From an uncultured Candidatus Saccharibacteria bacterium (GTDB lineage Bacteria > Patescibacteriota > Minisyncoccia > Minisyncoccales > Staskawiczbacteraceae), in contig CAYRHW010000006.1 in the NCBI GenBank assembly GCA_964424305.1, positions 1 to 58,612 on the forward strand: a DNA stretch of 58,612 nucleotides, written 5' to 3'. Positions 52,936 to 58,612 of the stretch are shown here, in pieces. The first letter of the stretch is position 1. The number at the start of each line of letters is the position of its first letter. Made by a program: the position numbers and the translations under genes. Below the pieces are notes generated by a model that did not search any database, was not told where the DNA came from, and saw nothing but the letters and a program-made list of their open reading frames with translations.

Positions 52936-53532
52936 ATGAAATTTATAATCGGTCAAAAAATAGGAATGTCACAGATGTTTTCAGAAGATGGAAAAGTGAC
53001 ACCAATAACCCTCATTGAATGTGGGCCTTGTTATGTTTTACAACACAAAACAGAATACAAAGATGGATACGACGCTTTACAGATAGGGTTTAAAAAAATA
53101 GAGAAAGCGAATAAGATGCTTAAAACCCAGAAGGGCAAAGAATACACTTTTATTAAAGAAAATAGATCAAAAGATCCAATTGAAGCTAAGGTTGGAGATA
53201 AAATAGATTTAGCAATATTTAAAGAAGGAGACAAAGTTAAAATTTCCGGAGTATCTAAGGGAAAAGGATTCCAGGGAGCAGTTAAAATGTGGGGGTTTAA
53301 GGGGAAACCATCTTCTCATGGTGTAAAACACGAACACAGAACGATCGGTTCGGTCGGTTCTAGGTGGCCGCAGAGAGTTGTTCCCGGAAAGAAAATGCCT
53401 GGACGTATGGGCGGAGAAAGAATAGCTGTTAAAAATGTGAGGATTATGAAGATTGATTCAGAAAATAATCTATTAGCAGTAAAGGGTGCGGTTCCAGGAA
53501 GGAAAGGAACTTTATTAGAAATTAAAGGTTAA
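52936..53532 (+). CDS. rplC: 50S ribosomal protein L3
   Basis: GKGFQGAVKMWGF and family-typical order after rpsJ. Confidence 0.95.
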   Translation: MKFIIGQKIGMSQMFSEDGKVTPITLIECGPCYVLQHKTEYKDGYDALQIGFKKIEKANKMLKTQKGKEYTFIKENRSKDPIEAKVGDKIDLAIFKEGDKVKISGVSKGKGFQGAVKMWGFKGKPSSHGVKHEHRTIGSVGSRWPQRVVPGKKMPGRMGGERIAVKNVRIMKIDSENNLLAVKGAVPGRKGTLLEIKG

Positions 53533-53537
53533 ATAAT

Positions 53538-54176
53538 ATGAAAGTTGCCGTTTATAGCACAGAAGGAAAAGAAGTTGGGTCAACTTTGTTACCAAAGGAA
53601 ATTTTTGATGTAAAAATGAGTTCGGATTTAGTCCATCAGGTTGCTGTTTCCCAATCGGCCAATCTTAGACAAGGTTCAGCCCACTCTAAGGATAGGTCAG
53701 AGGTAAGTGGTGGTGGAAAGAAGCCATGGCGCCAGAAGGGAACCGGCCGAGCAAGAGCTGGCTCAAGCCGATCTCCCATTTGGAAGGGTGGCGGAGTAAC
53801 ATTTGGTCCAAGAAATACCAAGGACTATAAGAAGGAAATTCCCAAGAAGATGAGGAGAAAAGCCTTGTTCATGGTTTTATCTCAAAAGCTTAGGGAAAAT
53901 TTAGTGGTTGTTTTGGACGAATTAAAATTTGAAAAGGCAAAAACAAAAGCAATGGCCGTTATCTTAAAGAATTTACCTGTGAAAGGAGCCTTGTTGCTTG
54001 CGATGCCAAGTTACGATAAGAATTTGATTTTATCAATGAGAAATATCCCAAAGGCTTTAACAATAGAAGCAAGAAACCTTAATGTTTTAGATTTATTGAA
54101 TTCTAAATATTTGGTAATGTCTAAAGATACAATCAAAACCCTTAGAGAAACATTCCTAGGAAAATCAGAAGAATAA
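53538..54176 (+). CDS. rplD: 50S ribosomal protein L4
   Basis: GGGKKPWRQKGTGRARAGS motif. Confidence 0.95.
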   Translation: MKVAVYSTEGKEVGSTLLPKEIFDVKMSSDLVHQVAVSQSANLRQGSAHSKDRSEVSGGGKKPWRQKGTGRARAGSSRSPIWKGGGVTFGPRNTKDYKKEIPKKMRRKALFMVLSQKLRENLVVVLDELKFEKAKTKAMAVILKNLPVKGALLLAMPSYDKNLILSMRNIPKALTIEARNLNVLDLLNSKYLVMSKDTIKTLRETFLGKSEE

Positions 54177-54180
54177 AAAT

Positions 54181-54633
54181 ATGGCAATTTTAGATATATT
54201 TAAACATAAAGAAGAGTTAGCAAAGGGAAAAAAGAAAGTTGTTGCGAAGAAAGTAAAGACTGCAAAGCCAGTTAGCGTTGTTAGCGATGGTTCAGCAAAT
54301 ACAGGAAAAGAGGTAGTTGCTCCTAAAAAGGATGTCGCCGGACAGAAAAGAAGTGTAGCTTCGGTATATAATGTTATCTCTGAGCCACACATATCTGAAA
54401 AAGGGACAAACTCAGGATCAATTAATCAGTATGTCTTTGATGTCTCCAGCGATGCGAATAAGCCAATGATCAAGGAGGCAATAGAAATAATTTACAATGT
54501 TGATGTTTTGTCAGTAAATATAATAAATATTCCACCGAAGAAAAGAAGGATGGGAAGGATAGAGGGAGTTAGGAAATCATATAAAAAAGTAGTTGTCAAA
54601 ATAAAAGCAGATCAAAAGATTGAAATTATATAA
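54181..54633 (+). CDS. rplW: 50S ribosomal protein L23 with a ~55-aa Lys-rich N-terminal extension
   Basis: The C-terminal ~90 aa (VISEPHISEKG...FDVSSDANKPMIKEAIE...KKVVVKI) match uL23, in S10-operon order. Confidence 0.9.
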   Translation: MAILDIFKHKEELAKGKKKVVAKKVKTAKPVSVVSDGSANTGKEVVAPKKDVAGQKRSVASVYNVISEPHISEKGTNSGSINQYVFDVSSDANKPMIKEAIEIIYNVDVLSVNIINIPPKKRRMGRIEGVRKSYKKVVVKIKADQKIEII

Positions 54634-54635
54634 TC

Positions 54636-55469
54636 ATGAAACACTATAGACCACTAACGCCAGGGCAAAGGGGGATGACCGGAATTGATTATTCGGTTTT
54701 GACAAAAAAAGAGCCAGAAAAGACTCTCACGGTTAGTTTACAAAGAAGAGTGGGAAGAGCAAGTAATGGCAGGGTTACCGTCCGCCACAGAGGGGGTGGA
54801 GTAAAGAGAATGTTTAGGATAGTAGAATTTGGGCAAGCAAGATTAGATGTTGTGGGAAAGGTTATCGCCTTGGAATATGATCCAAATAGAACATCTTTTA
54901 TTGCTTTAATACGGTATCCCGATAACACAAAATCATATATTTTGGCACCGCAAGATTTAAAGGTTGGAGATGAAGTAATCTGTTCAGAAAAGACAGTATT
55001 AGCTCCAGGCAATAGAACAAAGATAAAACACTTACCAGTAGGAACAATGATCCATAATATTGAATTTGTATCGGGCAGGGGCGGAATAGCAGTAAAGGGT
55101 GCAGGAACAGCTGCTCAGATTTTATCTCAAGATGGAGATTATGCGCAATTGAAAATGCCATCAACCGAAATTAGGAAGATAAAGAATGATTGTTTTGCTT
55201 CGATCGGGGTTATCTCTAATCCAGAACATCGTTTCGTTAATTTAGGGAAAGCTGGTAGAGCAAGATTAATGGGCAGGCGTCCGGGAGTGAGAGGTACAGC
55301 TATGAATCCTTGCGATCATCCTCACGGTGGTGGTGAAGGTAGACAGCCGATTGGTTTGAAACATCCGAAGACTCCTTGGGGTAAGGCTGCTCTAGGGTTA
55401 AAGACAAGACATAGGAAAAATCAGTCAAACAAGTTCATTATTCAAAGAAGACAAAAGAAAACCAAATAA
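54636..55469 (+). CDS. rplB: 50S ribosomal protein L2
   Basis: GRRPGVRGTAMNPCDHPHGGGEG motif. Confidence 0.97.
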   Translation: MKHYRPLTPGQRGMTGIDYSVLTKKEPEKTLTVSLQRRVGRASNGRVTVRHRGGGVKRMFRIVEFGQARLDVVGKVIALEYDPNRTSFIALIRYPDNTKSYILAPQDLKVGDEVICSEKTVLAPGNRTKIKHLPVGTMIHNIEFVSGRGGIAVKGAGTAAQILSQDGDYAQLKMPSTEIRKIKNDCFASIGVISNPEHRFVNLGKAGRARLMGRRPGVRGTAMNPCDHPHGGGEGRQPIGLKHPKTPWGKAALGLKTRHRKNQSNKFIIQRRQKKTK

Positions 55470-55470
55470 C

Positions 55471-55818
55471 ATGTCACGATCATCAAAGAATGGTCCATGG
55501 ATTGACCCAAGATTATTAGAAAAAATGGGAAAGGTTAAGAAGGGAGATAGAGTAATTATTAAGACTTGGTCTCGAGATTGTTCTATTACTCCAGAAATGG
55601 TTGGTTTTACTTTTGGTGTCCACAATGGGAAAGAACACATTGCAGTTTTCATCGCGGAAGATATGGTTGGCCATAAATTAGGGGAATTTGCTCCAAGCAC
55701 AATATTCAAACGACATGGAGGAAGGATGCAAAAAGACATAGAATTAAAGGCTGAGGGTGCCGAAGCTGCAAAAACAGAAGCCGTCGCTAAGCCGGCTGCT
55801 AATAAACCTGGTAAATAA
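55471..55818 (+). CDS. rpsS: 30S ribosomal protein S19 with an Ala/Lys-rich C-terminal tail
   Basis: GFTFGVHNGKEHIAVFI...GHKLGEFAPS motif. Confidence 0.95.
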   Translation: MSRSSKNGPWIDPRLLEKMGKVKKGDRVIIKTWSRDCSITPEMVGFTFGVHNGKEHIAVFIAEDMVGHKLGEFAPSTIFKRHGGRMQKDIELKAEGAEAAKTEAVAKPAANKPGK

Positions 55819-55820
55819 AC

Positions 55821-56345
55821 ATGCAAATTCAAGTTAAATTAAATTATTTAAGGATAGCACCAAGGAAGACAAAACAAATTGTGGATTTGGTGCGAGGAAA
55901 AACAGCTGTTCAAGCAGCTAGTATTCTTGAGTTTGTGGTTAGGAAGCCAGCAGAACCCATTTTGAAACTTTTAAAAAGTGCAATGGCCACAGCAAAGAAT
56001 GATTCTAAATTAGATGTTAATAATCTATACATTTCCAAAATTACATCAAACGAAGGGCCAAAATTAAAAAGATTTAGACCAGTATCCCGTGGTTCTGCTC
56101 ATCCTCTATGGAAAAGAACTTCCCATATCTTATTAGTTTTAGATGAAATTAAACCTACCGCAGGGAAAAAATCTGAAAAAGGAGAGAACAAAACCGCAAC
56201 AACCAGCCAGGCGGAAGGAAATATTGAGGTAAATGAAGGCGATTCAACAAAAAAGAAAGAGAAACAAAAATTCGAGAACAGGAATCAGAAAATGCAAAAA
56301 GGTCCAGGATCTTTAAATAGAATGTTTAGAAGAAAATCAATTTAA
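55821..56345 (+). CDS. rplV: 50S ribosomal protein L22 with a ~60-aa C-terminal extension
   Basis: LRIAPRKTKQIVDLVRG...RFRPVSRGSAHPLWKRTSH motif. Confidence 0.93.
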   Translation: MQIQVKLNYLRIAPRKTKQIVDLVRGKTAVQAASILEFVVRKPAEPILKLLKSAMATAKNDSKLDVNNLYISKITSNEGPKLKRFRPVSRGSAHPLWKRTSHILLVLDEIKPTAGKKSEKGENKTATTSQAEGNIEVNEGDSTKKKEKQKFENRNQKMQKGPGSLNRMFRRKSI

Positions 56346-56349
56346 TTAT

Positions 56350-57003
56350 ATGGCACATAAAGTCCACCCAAAATCATTTAGAATAAAAGGAATGGAGGAT
56401 TGGAGCATCCGTGGTTATTATGGTACAAAGCCTGCCAAGAGCTTTGAGGAAGATTACGTTATAAGAGAATATATAATCAAGCAATTAGCTGAAGCTTCTG
56501 TCGCCAATGTTGAAATTGAGCGTTCTGTTAATAAGATGAATATTATTATCCATTCTGCTAGACCCGGTCTAATCATCGGACGTGGTGGAGAAGGAATAGA
56601 TAAACTAAAGGCATCTTTAATAAAGAAGGCTTTGAAAATGAAAAACGGGGGCATTAAGAAGGATGTGAAGATTGAGATTAGAGAGATAAAGAATCCTATG
56701 TTGTCAGCACCCCTAATCGCCCAGCAAATGGCTCAACAGATTGAGAAGAGAATGCCCTTCAGACAAGTTTTAAAACGAACCATCGAGAAGGTCATGGCCA
56801 ATAAGGAAATCCAAGGGATAAGAGTCGAAGTTTCCGGAAGATTAAATGGTGTCGAGATCGCTAGGAAGGAGTGGTTAAAACAAGGAAGATTGCCAAGGAA
56901 TACAATAAGAGCTGATATCGAGTATGCCGAAGCCAGGGCCCTTTGTACCTATGGAACAATAGGAATAAAGGTCTGGATATATAAAGGAGATAAATTCGAA
57001 TAA
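56350..57003 (+). CDS. rpsC: 30S ribosomal protein S3
   Basis: KH domain (GLIIGRGGEGIDKL) and a C-terminal S3 domain (GRLNGVEIAR). Confidence 0.96.
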   Translation: MAHKVHPKSFRIKGMEDWSIRGYYGTKPAKSFEEDYVIREYIIKQLAEASVANVEIERSVNKMNIIIHSARPGLIIGRGGEGIDKLKASLIKKALKMKNGGIKKDVKIEIREIKNPMLSAPLIAQQMAQQIEKRMPFRQVLKRTIEKVMANKEIQGIRVEVSGRLNGVEIARKEWLKQGRLPRNTIRADIEYAEARALCTYGTIGIKVWIYKGDKFE

Positions 57004-57022
57004 ATCATCATTTTCAACAAAT

Positions 57023-57433
57023 ATGTCATTATTAATGCCCAAAAAAGTTAAACACAGAAAGTGGCACAAGGGACACTCAAAGGGTATCGAGAATAGAGCA
57101 ACCGAATTAAACTTTGGATCTTTTGGGTTGAAATCTTTGGACACAAAATGGATCACCTCAAGGCAATTAGAATCTGCTAGAAGAGTTGTTATCCGTTATT
57201 TAAAAAAAGGAGGGAAACTCTGGTTAAGGATATTCCCAGATAAGCCAGTAACCTTTAAGGGAAGCGAAGTTCCTATGGGTGGCGGGAAAGGCGGAGTAGA
57301 TCATTACGTTTTTGCAATTAGACCAGGTAGAATGATTTTTGAATTAGACGGTGTGAAAGAGGAAGTTGCCAAGGCTGCTTTTAAGATAGCATCTGGCAAA
57401 TTACCGATTAAAACTAAATTTGTAAAAAGATAA
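57023..57433 (+). CDS. rplP: 50S ribosomal protein L16
   Basis: MPKKVKHRK...RIFPDKPVT..MGGGKG motif. Confidence 0.96.
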   Translation: MSLLMPKKVKHRKWHKGHSKGIENRATELNFGSFGLKSLDTKWITSRQLESARRVVIRYLKKGGKLWLRIFPDKPVTFKGSEVPMGGGKGGVDHYVFAIRPGRMIFELDGVKEEVAKAAFKIASGKLPIKTKFVKR

Positions 57434-57436
57434 AAC

Positions 57437-57625
57437 ATGAAAGCTGCTGAAATAAGAAAAAAAGATAAAAAGGAATTGGCGATTGACCTACAAAACTTGA
57501 AAGAAAGATTGAGCGGTGTTCGTTTTAAGCTTGCGGCCAATAAGATCAAGAATGTTAGAGAGATAAGAGCTATAAAGAAAGACATTGCCAGAATTCTTAC
57601 TATAAATAAGGAAACAACAAAATAA
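57437..57625 (+). CDS. rpmC: 50S ribosomal protein L29
   Basis: 62 aa, helical and Lys-rich, at the expected position between rplP and rpsQ. Confidence 0.9.
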   Translation: MKAAEIRKKDKKELAIDLQNLKERLSGVRFKLAANKIKNVREIRAIKKDIARILTINKETTK

Positions 57626-57629
57626 TAAC

Positions 57630-57863
57630 ATGGCAAAAAGAAAATTAATTGGAAAAGTCATTTCAACTAAGATGCAGAAAACTGTGGTGGTTCAGATAGA
57701 AAGTATTAAAGAACATCCATTATATAAAAGAAGATATAAGATGCATAAGAATTTTAAAGCCCATGACGAGAAGGGAGAGTATAAAGAAGGGGATGTTGTT
57801 GTAATTGAAGAAGGTAGGCCATTATCAGGAGATAAAAATTGGACAGTAATAAGCAAAGTTTAA
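57630..57863 (+). CDS. rpsQ: 30S ribosomal protein S17
   Basis: GKVISTKMQKTVVV...HPLYKR...HDE...GDVVVIEE..PLS motif. Confidence 0.95.
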   Translation: MAKRKLIGKVISTKMQKTVVVQIESIKEHPLYKRRYKMHKNFKAHDEKGEYKEGDVVVIEEGRPLSGDKNWTVISKV

Positions 57864-57874
57864 TATAAACATAT

Positions 57875-58243
57875 ATGATTCAGCCAAGATCAATGCTAAA
57901 AATCGCAGACAACACTGGAGCTAAAATTATCCAATGTATTAATGTCTTAGGAGGAACCCGCAAGCGCTATGCTCAGCTGGGTGATATTATTGTAGCTGCG
58001 GTGAAGAAGGCTGAACCAAGAAAACTTGTGAAAAAGCACGATGTTGTCAAGGCAGTAATTATCCGCCAGAGAAGAGAATTCCGAAGAGCCGATGGTTCAT
58101 ATATACGATTTGATGACAACGCCGCCGTTATAATTGGAGATGAAAATAAGCCAAAGGGAGGAAGAGTTTTCGGACCAATGGCTAAAGAAATTAAAGAGAA
58201 AGGATTTATCGATGTGGCTATGTTAGCCCCAGAATTAGTATAG
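57875..58243 (+). CDS. rplN: 50S ribosomal protein L14
   Basis: MIQPRSMLKIADNTGAK...IRFDDNA motif. Confidence 0.97.
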   Translation: MIQPRSMLKIADNTGAKIIQCINVLGGTRKRYAQLGDIIVAAVKKAEPRKLVKKHDVVKAVIIRQRREFRRADGSYIRFDDNAAVIIGDENKPKGGRVFGPMAKEIKEKGFIDVAMLAPELV

Positions 58244-58270
58244 AGACTATTGAACAATAATATTACAACC

Positions 58271-58576
58271 ATGAAGATTAAAAAGAACGATACAGTATTA
58301 ATAATTTCAGGGAAAGATCGCGGGAGAACCGGGAAAGTTTTGAACGTCTCGAAAGAAAACAACAATATTATTGTTGAAGGAATTAATATTAAGAAAAAAC
58401 ACGCAAAACCTAAGAAATCAGGGGAGAAAGGACAGATAGTACAAATTCCTGCTTTTATGGATGCTTCAAACACAAAATTGCTTTGTCCTAAATGCAATAA
58501 AGCGGTAAGGATTGGCTACAGGACCGAAGGAGATAAAAAGTTTAGATTTTGTAAAAAGTGCAATCAGGAAATATAA
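58271..58576 (+). CDS. rplX: 50S ribosomal protein L24 with a C-terminal zinc ribbon
   Basis: KIKKNDTVLIISGKDRGRTGKVL KOW motif, and C-terminal CPKC...CKKC. ATG 58271 is preferred over TTG 58250. Confidence 0.92.
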   Translation: MKIKKNDTVLIISGKDRGRTGKVLNVSKENNNIIVEGINIKKKHAKPKKSGEKGQIVQIPAFMDASNTKLLCPKCNKAVRIGYRTEGDKKFRFCKKCNQEI

Positions 58577-58580
58577 AAAT

Positions 58581-58612
58581 ATGATAAGACTTAAAGAAAA
58601 ATATCAAAAAGA
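58581..58612 (+). CDS. rplE: 50S ribosomal protein L5 (5' end only, truncated by the window)
   Basis: MIRLKEKYQK... is a typical uL5 N-terminus at the expected operon position. Confidence 0.7.
   Translation, partial: MIRLKEKYQK

Noticed and set aside
1-58612. Alternative genetic code (UGA recoding, as in some candidate phyla).
   Set aside because: Genes with clear family boundaries end at TGA (for example 36721 and 35604) as well as at TAA and TAG. No conserved protein is interrupted by an in-frame TGA.

Overview
This is a low-GC window of about 58.6 kb, with most lines roughly 35-40% G+C by eye. It is densely coding, almost entirely on the + strand, and uses the standard code (TGA, TAA and TAG all act as stops). 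The gene content suggests a small-genome, probably anaerobic, CPR/Patescibacteria-like bacterium: DUF5652, DUF5679, a CxxC-x17-CxxC zinc ribbon, extended ribosomal proteins and almost no Shine-Dalgarno sequences. That taxonomic call is inference from content only.

Layout:
- 0.1-8 kb: an accessory island whose unrelated genes are joined by a family of mosaic, near-identical intergenic modules.
- 8-16 kb: metalloprotease, sensor-fused OtsA plus OtsB (trehalose), SWIB, LD-carboxypeptidase, ZIP transporter, ABC-F.
- 16-19 kb: metK, thioredoxin, FTR catalytic subunit and a [FeFe]-hydrogenase-like protein.
- 19-27 kb: ECF sigma/anti-sigma, P-type ATPase, rubrerythrin, HAD nucleotidase.
- 27-35 kb: rsmI, rlmN, tgt, queH, and a Fur/PerR operon with a stand-alone NrdD glycyl-radical mini-protein and desulfoferrodoxin.
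- 35.7-36.3 kb: a roughly 58% GC single-gene island.
- 36.3-41.7 kb: Rrf2-NifS-IscU-MnmA-ThiI sulfur relay, with a LAGLIDADG intein in IscU.
- 42-48 kb: miscellaneous genes, tRNA-Pro and rpmB.
- 48-58.6 kb: str and S10/spc ribosomal operons.

The most unusual signals are the junction-module array with its invariant 33-nt core, a leaderless promoter grammar (T-run, TGnTAnnAT, then ATG 6-9 nt later), the NrdD glycyl-radical mini-protein, the Trx-FTR-hydrogenase-like trio, the IscU intein and the GC-rich island.
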